Below, in pieces: positions 1 to 8,180 of a DNA stretch of 39,044 nt (within the stretch, counting starts at the first letter, position 1; the number at the start of each line of letters is the position of its first letter). Source of the DNA: Bacteroidota bacterium (GTDB lineage Bacteria > Bacteroidota > Bacteroidia > NS11-12g > UBA955); NCBI GenBank assembly GCA_009918425.1, contig RGEC01000002.1, positions 1 through 39,044 on the forward strand. The letters are read 5' to 3'. Under the pieces are notes generated by a model that did no database searches, was not told the origin of the DNA, and saw nothing but the letters and a program-made list of their open reading frames with translations. Both the position numbers and the translations under genes were made by a program.

Positions 1-38
1 AGGCTGTAGAGACGCACAATTGTGCGTCTCTACAGCCT
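1..38. repeat. Perfect 38-bp palindrome with a GTAGAGACG/CGTCTCTAC core. It overlaps the stop codon of the 30..434 gene, so it is probably a terminator hairpin and a member of a dispersed hairpin family.
   Basis: aggctgtagagacgcaca-at-tgtgcgtctctacagcct reads the same on both strands. The same 9-bp arm core recurs at 27843..27870. The window starts at the palindrome edge, so upstream context is unseen. Confidence 0.7.
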
Positions 39-434
39 CCGACACCGTGGCGCCGCACCTTTGTTTTCCAGGATTTCGCCGTAGATGTAAAATATCTTTT
101 CGGGCCCGGTGTTGATGACAATGGCGTATTTTTCAACCGGACCTGGATGCAGGTTGCGGGTATGCAGAGCCAGCACAATGGAATCGATGGTGCCGGGTGC
201 CATGCTGTCTTTTGGGTACAGAGGCACGGTACACTGGCAGCCGGGGTGCACCTGCCGAATCATAAGTCTTTCGCTACCTTCAATGCGGAACAGGAAAACC
301 GCCTCGATGGTGTCGCCCGGGTTGCAGGTACCAAAATGGATGGTATCGCCTTGTAGCGTTTTGATATGCGATTCCTGTGCCTTAACTGTGTAGGCAAAAC
401 ACAGCAGCAACAGAAACGAAAAGGCATTTTTCAT
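30..434 (-). CDS. Secreted DUF1573-like protein (paralogue 1 of 3)
   Basis: ATG start and signal peptide MKNAFSFLLLLCFAYTVKAQ. The HPGCQCTVP motif lines up with the CGC motif of the two neighbouring paralogues. Confidence 0.7.
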   Translation of the reverse strand: MKNAFSFLLLLCFAYTVKAQESHIKTLQGDTIHFGTCNPGDTIEAVFLFRIEGSERLMIRQVHPGCQCTVPLYPKDSMAPGTIDSIVLALHTRNLHPGPVEKYAIVINTGPEKIFYIYGEILENKGAAPRCRRL

Positions 435-440
435 GGGATA

Positions 441-465
441 AGAAAAAGGCCGGATAAACCGGCCT
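441..465 (-). terminator. Rho-independent terminator after the 472..900 gene
   Basis: Stem aggccgg (447-453) and ccggcct (459-465) with loop ataaa. On the minus strand it is followed by ttttct (441-446). Confidence 0.6.
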
Positions 466-471
466 CATATT

Positions 472-900
472 TTAGTTTCCAATAATAACCGACTTGGGTT
501 TTTCGGGCTCTTTTACCACAATACCTGTAATGGTAAGGGTTACATCGCCACCATTGCTGTACACAAAAATATTTTTGGTAAAGTTGCCGGGGCGGCCCGA
601 GCTGTTGTATTCAGCCGTAACCACAGCGGAAGCGCCGGGAGCAATAGGCTCACGGGGCCACTTAGGCGAGGTACAACCACAACTGGCTTGAACGTTGCTA
701 AGCACCAGAGGGTCGGTGCCTGTATTGGTAAATTTGAAGTCGTAACGGGCGATCTGGCCTTCAATTACATTCGCGAAATTGTGGGTGATCTCTTCAAATT
801 TTACTTTGGCATTGCTTGCAGGTGCGGGAGTGGGCTGATCCTGTGCAACAGCACCGCTGAAAGCTGCGGCAAGCAATAGGGAGAAAAGGAGCTTTTTCAT
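472..900 (-). CDS. Secreted DUF1573 domain protein (paralogue 2 of 3)
   Basis: Signal peptide MKKLLFSLLLAAAFSGAVAQ and the motif QASCGCTSPKWP typical of DUF1573. Confidence 0.8.
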   Translation of the reverse strand: MKKLLFSLLLAAAFSGAVAQDQPTPAPASNAKVKFEEITHNFANVIEGQIARYDFKFTNTGTDPLVLSNVQASCGCTSPKWPREPIAPGASAVVTAEYNSSGRPGNFTKNIFVYSNGGDVTLTITGIVVKEPEKPKSVIIGN

Positions 901-922
901 AACGCTTCTATACCTTACAGAA

Positions 923-1336
923 TTACTTCAGTTGGGTTCCGCCACCATTCGGGCTTTCTGTAGAAACAGTTCCGGTGATGGTGAGGTCGGTGGTAGCTCC
1001 GTTATCGAAAGTTACCTTTACAGATTTCTGGAAGAAACCCGGACGACCTTCAGTGCCATAGCTGGCCTTTACCTCACCGGTTTTACCGGGCATCACCGGA
1101 GTTTTGGTGTAGGTGGGTGTGGTGCATCCGCAGCTGGGAGCAGCAGCGGTTATTACTACTGGTGCTTTGCCATTGTTGGTAAATGTGAACGTTACATCAG
1201 CGGGAGGACCCATTTTAACAGTGCCAAAATCGTGGGTGGTTTTATTCCACTTGATGGTTTCGTTTTGCTTAATTCCTGCTACCAGCATGGCGGTGGCAGC
1301 CATGGCAGCAAATCCGAGAGTAAAAATCTTTTTCAT
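923..1336 (-). CDS. Secreted DUF1573 domain protein (paralogue 3 of 3)
   Basis: Start moved from the ORF-track 1405 to MKKIF (ATG at 1334-1336), which gives a proper signal peptide. Motif APSCGCTTPTY. Confidence 0.8.
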   Translation of the reverse strand: MKKIFTLGFAAMAATAMLVAGIKQNETIKWNKTTHDFGTVKMGPPADVTFTFTNNGKAPVVITAAAPSCGCTTPTYTKTPVMPGKTGEVKASYGTEGRPGFFQKSVKVTFDNGATTDLTITGTVSTESPNGGGTQLK

Positions 1337-1515
1337 GGTTTTGTTATTTGGAATAGTAATATCAACAACTGTACCAAAAATTTCCGTACGGGTGAAAATA
1401 TTCAATTACTGCCTTTTTGATTCAAGTCTTTATCCTTATCCAACTTGAAAATAAAAGAGCGTAAAACTGTTTAACAAAAATGGCTAAAAGCCTTATATGT
1501 TTTGGAAATGAGAAT

Positions 1516-1534
1516 TATTGTACTTTTTACAATA
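1516..1534. promoter_or_regulatory. Candidate operator, palindrome TATTGT-N7-ACAATA (copy 1), overlapping the -7 box
   Basis: The sequence is tattgt actttt t acaata. It extends to 7-bp arms, TATTGTA-ctttt-TACAATA. The right half overlaps TATATTTG at 1533-1540. Confidence 0.6.
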
Positions 1535-1540
1535 TATTTG
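1533..1540 (+). promoter_or_regulatory. Bacteroidota-type -7 promoter element TAnnTTTG for the regulator and glycan operon
   Basis: TATATTTG lies 11 nt upstream of the ATG at 1551. Confidence 0.45.
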
Positions 1541-1550
1541 CTTCACAGAG

Positions 1551-2246
1551 ATGAAAAATCAGCATAAAATTCTGAAACAGTATTTCAATGTTGCGGTATC
1601 AGTCGACAATGTAGTGTTCGGTTTTGATGCCGACGGATTGAAGGTGCTGCTCATTTCGCGTGGCTCGGAACCTTTTACCGGTTCCTGGGCCTTGCCCGGT
1701 GATTTGATTTCACCTGAAATGGACCTGGAATACTCAGCAGAAAAGGTATTGAAACAACTTACAGGTCTGGATCAGGTGTATATGGAACAAATACAGACAT
1801 TTGGCCGTGTTGACAGGCATCCTTTTGGCCGGGTATTTACCATTGCATATTTTGCCTTGATTAAGGTTGAAAATTATCAGCCCCATGCAAATTCATGGGC
1901 CAAAGATGTGGCCTGGTTTAAGGTGTCTGAAATACCTAAACTGCCTTTTGATCACCGTGAAATTTTAGAATATGCGCGCAAGCTTCTGAAAAACCGTATC
2001 CGTACACAGCCCTTGGTATTTGAATTGTTGCCGAAGTATTTTACGCTTACGGAAGTGCAGTTTATTCATGAATCTATTCTGGAGGAAGAATTTGATGTTA
2101 GAAATTTCAGAAAAAAAATTCTTTCAACCGGTATTATTGAGGAAACAGGTAGGTTACAGAAAAACGTAACTCACCGTCCGGCAAAGCTATACCGATATAA
2201 TGCCTCTAAGGCCAAGCAGCTCGGATTTGAAGGAGGGATGTTGTAG
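1551..2246 (+). CDS. Nudix-fold, NrtR/AraR-like transcriptional regulator (degenerate Nudix box plus C-terminal winged-helix region)
   Basis: Start taken at ATG 1551 (MKNQHK) rather than TTG 1518. The Nudix-like segment GDLISPEMDLEYSAEKVLKQLTGL keeps G-x5-E but has lost the REUxEE glutamates. The C-terminal roughly 90 aa look like a DNA-binding domain. Confidence 0.65.
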   Translation: MKNQHKILKQYFNVAVSVDNVVFGFDADGLKVLLISRGSEPFTGSWALPGDLISPEMDLEYSAEKVLKQLTGLDQVYMEQIQTFGRVDRHPFGRVFTIAYFALIKVENYQPHANSWAKDVAWFKVSEIPKLPFDHREILEYARKLLKNRIRTQPLVFELLPKYFTLTEVQFIHESILEEEFDVRNFRKKILSTGIIEETGRLQKNVTHRPAKLYRYNASKAKQLGFEGGML

Positions 2247-3601
2247 TGCGCTTTCCACTATTAATATTGGCAATGCTGTTGCTGGCAGGAGCCTTGAATG
2301 CTCAGCCCGCCAAAGTTATGGTAGTCAAACAAGGCGATAATTGGCGCCTGATGAAGAATGGGTATCCATATTATATTAAGGGCGCAGGTGGTACAGTGCA
2401 CCTGGATTTATTGGTAGAATGTGGTGGAAATACAATAAGGACCTGGGGTGTGGATGATGCCCAAAAAATATTGGATGAGGCACACAGTAAGGGATTAATG
2501 GTGATGTTGGGAATGTGGGTGCAACATGAACGGCATGGCTTTGACTACGACAATAACCTGGCGGTGCAGAAACAAATAAGGTATTTCAAAAGCATTGTGG
2601 ATCAGTTTAAAAATCACCCGGCCCTGCTGATGTGGGGTATAGGCAACGAGGTGGATTTGTTTTACCAGAACACCAAAGTGTGGCACAGCATACAGGCCAT
2701 TGCCAAATATATTCATGAGACGGACCCAAATCACCCTACCTGCACCGTTACTGCTGGATTAGACTCTCTGGAAGTGCAGCATATTAAAGAAAAAGCTCCC
2801 GATATCGATATTTATGGGGTTAATACCTATGGTGACATTGCCGGGGTGCCCAAAAATATTAAAAGGTTCGGCTGGGAAGGACCTTACATGATAACCGAAT
2901 GGGGACCCAATGGACATTGGGAATCGCCGGTAACCCCATGGAATGCGGCCATTGAGCAAAGCAGTAGCGAAAAGGCCATGGTTTATGGCGAACGTTATCA
3001 GAAATACATTCAGTCCGACAGCCAGCAATGTATAGGTTCCTATGTGTTTTTATGGGGCCAAAAGCAGGAGTATACCCTTACCTGGTATGGGCTTTTTACA
3101 AAAGACAACATGGCTACAGAGGCGGTAGACAGGCTGTATCAGGTTTGGACAGGCAAGCCACCAAAAACACCAACACCCACCATTTACCGAATGCTCATTA
3201 ATAATAAGGCAGCGTCTGAAGGCATTGTGCTTGACGCAGGTTCTGTTAATGCTGTTTCCCTGCATGCCGGACTTATTCACTACACCGAGACTGCGGCTCC
3301 GGATGGTGGTTACAAGGTGGTTTGGAAAATGCTGGCTGAAAGTGATGACAAAAAAGCGGGTGGCGACATGGAAAACGAGGCAGCTGAAATAACCCATTTT
3401 ATGAAAAAAGAAGGCGCCGGAACCATGCATTTTAAGGCTCCTCGGCAACCGGGGGGCTATCGGCTTTTTGCCATGGTATATTACCAAAACAAAGTTGCCT
3501 ACAACAACATTCCGTTCAAGGTGGTAGCCGCCTCCAGTGATGACAACAAAGGGGCTGTCAAATTCAAGAAGTTTAACATGGAATCATTCAGCGAGCAATG
3601 A
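2246..3601 (+). CDS. Secreted clan GH-A (beta/alpha)8 glycoside hydrolase with a C-terminal beta-sandwich-like domain, possibly a GH158-like beta-1,3-glucanase
   Basis: GTG start overlaps the regulator stop (TAGTG). Signal peptide MRFPLLILAMLLLAGALNAQ. The motifs WGIGNEVD (acid/base) and ITEWGP (nucleophile) have clan GH-A spacing. The family assignment is not verified. Confidence 0.6.
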   Translation: MRFPLLILAMLLLAGALNAQPAKVMVVKQGDNWRLMKNGYPYYIKGAGGTVHLDLLVECGGNTIRTWGVDDAQKILDEAHSKGLMVMLGMWVQHERHGFDYDNNLAVQKQIRYFKSIVDQFKNHPALLMWGIGNEVDLFYQNTKVWHSIQAIAKYIHETDPNHPTCTVTAGLDSLEVQHIKEKAPDIDIYGVNTYGDIAGVPKNIKRFGWEGPYMITEWGPNGHWESPVTPWNAAIEQSSSEKAMVYGERYQKYIQSDSQQCIGSYVFLWGQKQEYTLTWYGLFTKDNMATEAVDRLYQVWTGKPPKTPTPTIYRMLINNKAASEGIVLDAGSVNAVSLHAGLIHYTETAAPDGGYKVVWKMLAESDDKKAGGDMENEAAEITHFMKKEGAGTMHFKAPRQPGGYRLFAMVYYQNKVAYNNIPFKVVAASSDDNKGAVKFKKFNMESFSEQ

Positions 3602-5451
3602 GGGTAAACTTGTTTAAAATATTCATTCTACTGCCATTGTTGACCATTGTTGGCAAGGGGTTTTCCCAGGATACCGCTAAGCTGGCCAACACGCCGGGCA
3701 TTTTCCCAAAATCCCCCGCTGCTACTTTACAGCGCTTTCAGGTATCCGGTTATTACCGATTCATCACCAATGTACGTCATCTGCAGGAAGGCTACACAGA
3801 CCAGATGAAAACACCCTTCAATATTTTTGTGGGTGATGATAGCCAGATTCCACAACTGCTGCTGAACCTGGGTGGCAGTGTGGCGCCCAACACCCGGTTT
3901 TATACCGATTTTTATCTATGGAGTCCCATGATGGGAGGAGGAATGGTCGAAAATGTGAAAGGGCTTAACTTGGGGGTAAGCCTGACCGGAACCCACGACT
4001 TTGAGCACGGAACCCTGCAAGTTCAGACCGGGGGCATAAACTGGTACGCTCTCACGCCTTTTACTTTCCACTCTAATCCCGGTTTCAACCGATTTACTGT
4101 TTTTGAACGCAACCCCTGGGATCCCATGACCCGAAATGCCATAGACCGCTATCAGACCTTTTACCAAACCGGCGCCATGAATCAGGATACACGTTGGGGA
4201 AGGCAGGCATTTCAGGGTATAATACTGGATGCAAGCAATCTGCCAAACGGATTTTCAGGTACCATGATGTTTGGCAAAACACAGCTAAACGGGGGTATGT
4301 CTCCATTACCCAACCAAAGTGTTGGAGGAAAAATAAGAAACGGCAACGAAAATCGTTATATCAGCTTTAATACATTCAATAATCAGACCTGGTCCGACTC
4401 ATTGCTCAGCAGCCGAATGGGCTTTTCTATTCACACCATGGAGTTTACTTGGAAGAAAAACGGCTGGAAAATGTATGGTGAGACCGGCTTAGGAAAATAT
4501 TACAGTAAAGTTTACAATAAGGGCTGGGGAGAAGCTGTTTCCCTGAAATTGGATATCCCAAATAGAATTTTGTCTCTGCCCGTGCAGATACATTATTTCA
4601 GAATCAGCCCGAAAGTTATCAATAACAGCAGTGTTTTCTGGAACTCGTCCATTCTGGAAGGCAACAACACAGGTGCCGGAAGCGAAGCTCAGCTTGTACT
4701 TGCACCGTTTTCAAGCTCTATGGTTCCAGTAGGCCAGCTAACAAATAACCGCACAGGGGTAGAATTAAACACTGAAACATCGATAGGCCCTTTAAAAGTT
4801 AATGCTGGCTACACAGTGGCCAAAGAGCTGGAACGTATAGCCACCCAGATTACGTATGCCCATCCGGTCAACAATTTGGCTGTATCCAGGTTCTGGCGGT
4901 GGGCATTCCCTTCAGGTGTGGGCCCCTATGCCAATCTCACCAAAGTGTATCGTGGGGTTTTTGAATCGGTAGATATATTGGATGTTGATGCGCAGGATAA
5001 ACCCATGAAAGACAAATATTTCAATACGGCCGAATTGCAGATGAAATACAAAACGCGTTTTCTGGGCAGAGACCTCTTTGTTAATTACCTGGGAAACTAT
5101 GCTTCGGTGCAGCATTTTATGGCTCCTTTCACCGTGCTAACCGAAAAAGCCTACCTCAGAACCTATTATCACCAGTTGGAGGCCTACCTGAGACTCTCGC
5201 AGAATCTGGTATGGTGTAATTATGCCGGGGCTGAGCGTGTGGTAGCCAATTACGATACCCGAACGGATGCCATTAGCCGCAGGCCTAAGAATCAGGAAGG
5301 GTATGCCATTGCCACCGGTTTTGACATTGAAATGAGCAAAGGTGCCGGTTTATACATAAGACAGCGTAAAATGCAGTACCGAGATCGCAGTTATAGCAAG
5401 GATCGTTACAAGGGCTGGGAAACTACCGTTGAACTTAAAATATTCTTTTGA
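3598..5451 (+). CDS. Predicted plug-less outer-membrane beta-barrel protein, uncharacterised family (OMP-A)
   Basis: ATGA overlap with the upstream gene and a signal peptide ending GFSQ. The sequence is rich in alternating aromatic/polar and Gly-containing stretches. It ends in ELKIFF (terminal Phe). No TonB box or plug-like segment is visible. Confidence 0.55.
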   Translation: MRVNLFKIFILLPLLTIVGKGFSQDTAKLANTPGIFPKSPAATLQRFQVSGYYRFITNVRHLQEGYTDQMKTPFNIFVGDDSQIPQLLLNLGGSVAPNTRFYTDFYLWSPMMGGGMVENVKGLNLGVSLTGTHDFEHGTLQVQTGGINWYALTPFTFHSNPGFNRFTVFERNPWDPMTRNAIDRYQTFYQTGAMNQDTRWGRQAFQGIILDASNLPNGFSGTMMFGKTQLNGGMSPLPNQSVGGKIRNGNENRYISFNTFNNQTWSDSLLSSRMGFSIHTMEFTWKKNGWKMYGETGLGKYYSKVYNKGWGEAVSLKLDIPNRILSLPVQIHYFRISPKVINNSSVFWNSSILEGNNTGAGSEAQLVLAPFSSSMVPVGQLTNNRTGVELNTETSIGPLKVNAGYTVAKELERIATQITYAHPVNNLAVSRFWRWAFPSGVGPYANLTKVYRGVFESVDILDVDAQDKPMKDKYFNTAELQMKYKTRFLGRDLFVNYLGNYASVQHFMAPFTVLTEKAYLRTYYHQLEAYLRLSQNLVWCNYAGAERVVANYDTRTDAISRRPKNQEGYAIATGFDIEMSKGAGLYIRQRKMQYRDRSYSKDRYKGWETTVELKIFF

Positions 5452-7178
5452 TGAAATATAGCATGATACATATTGCAAAAAATATAATAGTGTTACTGTT
5501 CGGAATACCCGGACTGATAATTGCTCAAAGCACCCCAAAATTTTCTGTAACAGGCGGTGCACGTTCTCTTTTATCCAACGCTGAAATTTCGGTTAAAGAC
5601 AGTGTTCCGGATAATGTAACTGCCAGAAAAAATGCCGGTGGATACGCTTTGATGGATTTGGGTTTCAATATCAGGCCCAACCAGAACACCGAAATTATGG
5701 GTATGATCCGCATAAACAATAGGTTTGGTGGATTCTGGGGTGCAGGGGTATCCTTTGATGTAAGACAATTGTGGCTAAAGGGTATCATTGCCGATCGGGT
5801 TCGTTATCAGCTGGGAGATATCAACCTGAAGCAAACCCCATTTACTTTCTGGAACCACGATGAGGATAACCGCATTCAGTTGCCCGCGGTATTTGGCTTG
5901 CAAAGAGATATTGTAAATTATGAGACATTTTATGTTCCCAATACCTGGAGGCAGCAGGGGGCAGCCATGAATTTTGGGCTGGAATCGGGTAAAATGAAGT
6001 CTGAATGGAATTTTCATTCCTACCTCAATCGTTTGAATGCCACCAATTTTGGAAGTCAGCCGGAAAGACTGCATTTTGGAAGCACCGCAAACTGGATTTT
6101 TCATAAAAATCTGACAGTGGCCTATAACCTAAGCCGTGTTTTTGATGTAAAAGAAACCGCACTTAGCAATATTCGCTTTCAAAACACTGTGAATACTGCC
6201 TCTTGGGAATATAATCAATTGTTGAAAGGCCGGCTGATAACCCTGGGCGGAGAGGCGGGTAATTCTTCTTACCGCTGGTTGCAGGATACTGCTGCGCCAC
6301 ACCTCCAGGATTATTTTGTGCATGCTTTTCTTCGCATAGGCAATAAAGAAAAACACTGGTCTGTAGAAGGAGGTTACCTAAATGTGGGACCGGATTTCAG
6401 AAGTGTTGCTGCGCAGTCAAAAAGACTGGATGTGGGTGCGCAGCCTATGTTTTATAATAGGTACACCCAATTGCAGCTCGATAGACCCTTGAATCTGCTG
6501 GATTACACAACCAACACAGCATTGTTTAGAAACGGCATCAGTACCAAGCTACAGGCGTACAATCCCATACTCAACAATGTGATGCCCTATGGTATGGCTA
6601 CATTTAACCGATCGGGATTGTATATGAAATCCAAATGGCAACATACCAAAAAAATTGTGACCGCAGAAGTACAATATTACAAACTGTCTGAAATATTGGG
6701 GCAGGGTACCTCGGAACTAAAAAAATTCAGAATGACACAGGCCCATTTGAACTGGGATATAGGTAAAATGTTAGGCTATAAAAAGCAATGGAAACTTCAG
6801 GTATCTGCCTGCCAGCAGCAGACCCTCCGCAACAGCACAAGGAATTATGAAGTTGTAAAATTAAATTCGATGCAGTTGGGTGCCGGGATGGAATCCGAAA
6901 TCATGAGCAGCATTGACATCTTGGCGGGGTATACCATGTTACAGGGTAAGGGCAATGAAATGCTTGCCGCAAGAAATGGCTACACAGAAGTAATCGACTT
7001 CACGGGATACAACGCAAACCTGCAAAACAATGCTGCTGCTGCCGGACTCAGGGTTCGATTCAGCAACAAAACCTACCTTTCTCTGCTGTATCAGCGTATG
7101 AATTACCGCAACCTATTACAGCCCTATCAGAATTATACAATCGGTCAGTTTCAGGCCATATACAACATGACTTTTTAA
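5448..7178 (+). CDS. Predicted plug-less outer-membrane beta-barrel protein, distant paralogue of OMP-A (OMP-B)
   Basis: ATGA overlap with OMP-A and a signal peptide ending IIAQS. It ends in IYNMTF. It shares the motif (L/Q)TPFTF with OMP-A (nt about 4054-4068 and 5835-5849). Confidence 0.55.
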   Translation: MMKYSMIHIAKNIIVLLFGIPGLIIAQSTPKFSVTGGARSLLSNAEISVKDSVPDNVTARKNAGGYALMDLGFNIRPNQNTEIMGMIRINNRFGGFWGAGVSFDVRQLWLKGIIADRVRYQLGDINLKQTPFTFWNHDEDNRIQLPAVFGLQRDIVNYETFYVPNTWRQQGAAMNFGLESGKMKSEWNFHSYLNRLNATNFGSQPERLHFGSTANWIFHKNLTVAYNLSRVFDVKETALSNIRFQNTVNTASWEYNQLLKGRLITLGGEAGNSSYRWLQDTAAPHLQDYFVHAFLRIGNKEKHWSVEGGYLNVGPDFRSVAAQSKRLDVGAQPMFYNRYTQLQLDRPLNLLDYTTNTALFRNGISTKLQAYNPILNNVMPYGMATFNRSGLYMKSKWQHTKKIVTAEVQYYKLSEILGQGTSELKKFRMTQAHLNWDIGKMLGYKKQWKLQVSACQQQTLRNSTRNYEVVKLNSMQLGAGMESEIMSSIDILAGYTMLQGKGNEMLAARNGYTEVIDFTGYNANLQNNAAAAGLRVRFSNKTYLSLLYQRMNYRNLLQPYQNYTIGQFQAIYNMTF

Positions 7179-7181
7179 AAT

Positions 7182-8180
7182 ATGAAATCAATACTCAGTA
7201 TATTCATCGGCATTGTTTTGTTTACATCTTGTAAGCGAGACAATAACCAGTTCGAAGGCCCCAGCCTGCAGGATCTTAACGGCCCGTTTGGCATGGTAAA
7301 ACCATTTACTGCCAGCAAAACAGCAGTGGATTTTTCCAAAGGGGAAATTGTAACCTTTGCAGCCGAGTTTACCAAGCAGTGCAACTGGACCATAACCATC
7401 TATGGAGATCTGAGCAAGGCACGTAAAATCATTACCGGTAAATCCCGGCAGATAGATGCCGTAAATGGAATCTGGAATGGCACAACTACTGTGCTTCCTG
7501 CTTTCAGAACAGAGCCTTGCCGCGCTGTACTTAAAATTGATGGAGTAACAGATAGTTTCACCTTGAATATCGGTATCAATGGGTTACGAATACCCCAGGG
7601 ATTGATGATTGCAGACTTTGAAGCCGGACTTAGTCCTAAATGGAACACATTCATACAATCGGGGGCCAATATGGATTTTAAGGTGAAAAGTGATGCCTTT
7701 TCGGTGAAGGGAAATTACCTGAATATGGCAGGCACCGTGACGTGGGACTGGCTTATCGGCCTGATAGATTTTCCGGCATCGGCATATGGAGCAAATACGT
7801 TTACAGTAAGCAATATTCCTGAAGATGTGTATTTCAATTGTCTTATTTATGGCGATCCCAATGTAGCAAATCCCAGCAGGGTTCTGTTTCAGTTTAAGGA
7901 AGATGATAACAGCAACAATGTTTTTGATGTTGCAGCGGATGATCAGTTTGACAAAGAAATTATTGTGAATTGGCAGGGATGGAAACTCGTATCCTTTAAA
8001 TACAGCGATTTGATTCACCTGGTGAATGGGCAGCCCGCTCCTAACAATGGCAATAATCGACATAACCCCAATCGTGTGGTGACCATTTCTATGCTGCACC
8101 TAGCGAATCCGTCCATGGGTGCCGGGAGCACAAAAATCGATTACCTTATTTTTACTGAGAAAACGCCCCTGGAACTGTAA
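7182..8180 (+). CDS. Lipoprotein with an Ig-like N-terminal part and a CBM-like C-terminal domain (putative surface glycan-binding protein)
   Basis: Lipobox VLFTSC. The C-terminal segment runs from IADFEAGLSPKWNTF to STKIDYLIF, which is typical of jelly-roll CBM or CIA30-like modules. Confidence 0.5.
   Translation: MKSILSIFIGIVLFTSCKRDNNQFEGPSLQDLNGPFGMVKPFTASKTAVDFSKGEIVTFAAEFTKQCNWTITIYGDLSKARKIITGKSRQIDAVNGIWNGTTTVLPAFRTEPCRAVLKIDGVTDSFTLNIGINGLRIPQGLMIADFEAGLSPKWNTFIQSGANMDFKVKSDAFSVKGNYLNMAGTVTWDWLIGLIDFPASAYGANTFTVSNIPEDVYFNCLIYGDPNVANPSRVLFQFKEDDNSNNVFDVAADDQFDKEIIVNWQGWKLVSFKYSDLIHLVNGQPAPNNGNNRHNPNRVVTISMLHLANPSMGAGSTKIDYLIFTEKTPLEL

Noticed and set aside
932-1420. A 162-aa plus-strand ORF (and 1113..1448) opposite the third DUF1573 gene
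   Set aside because: It is antisense to a gene with a clear signal peptide and family motif. Its Gly/Ser-rich translation has no features.
1518-1550. N-terminal extensions proposed by the ORF track (TTG 1518; also 1405, 13713, 18286, 22164, 25118, 26018 and 36813)
   Set aside because: In each case an internal ATG gives a canonical signal peptide, lipobox or family-typical N-terminus. The extension would bury that feature or overlap a promoter element.
7584-8099. A 171-aa minus-strand ORF inside the lipoprotein gene
   Set aside because: It is a shadow ORF opposite a coding frame that is translationally coupled to its neighbours.
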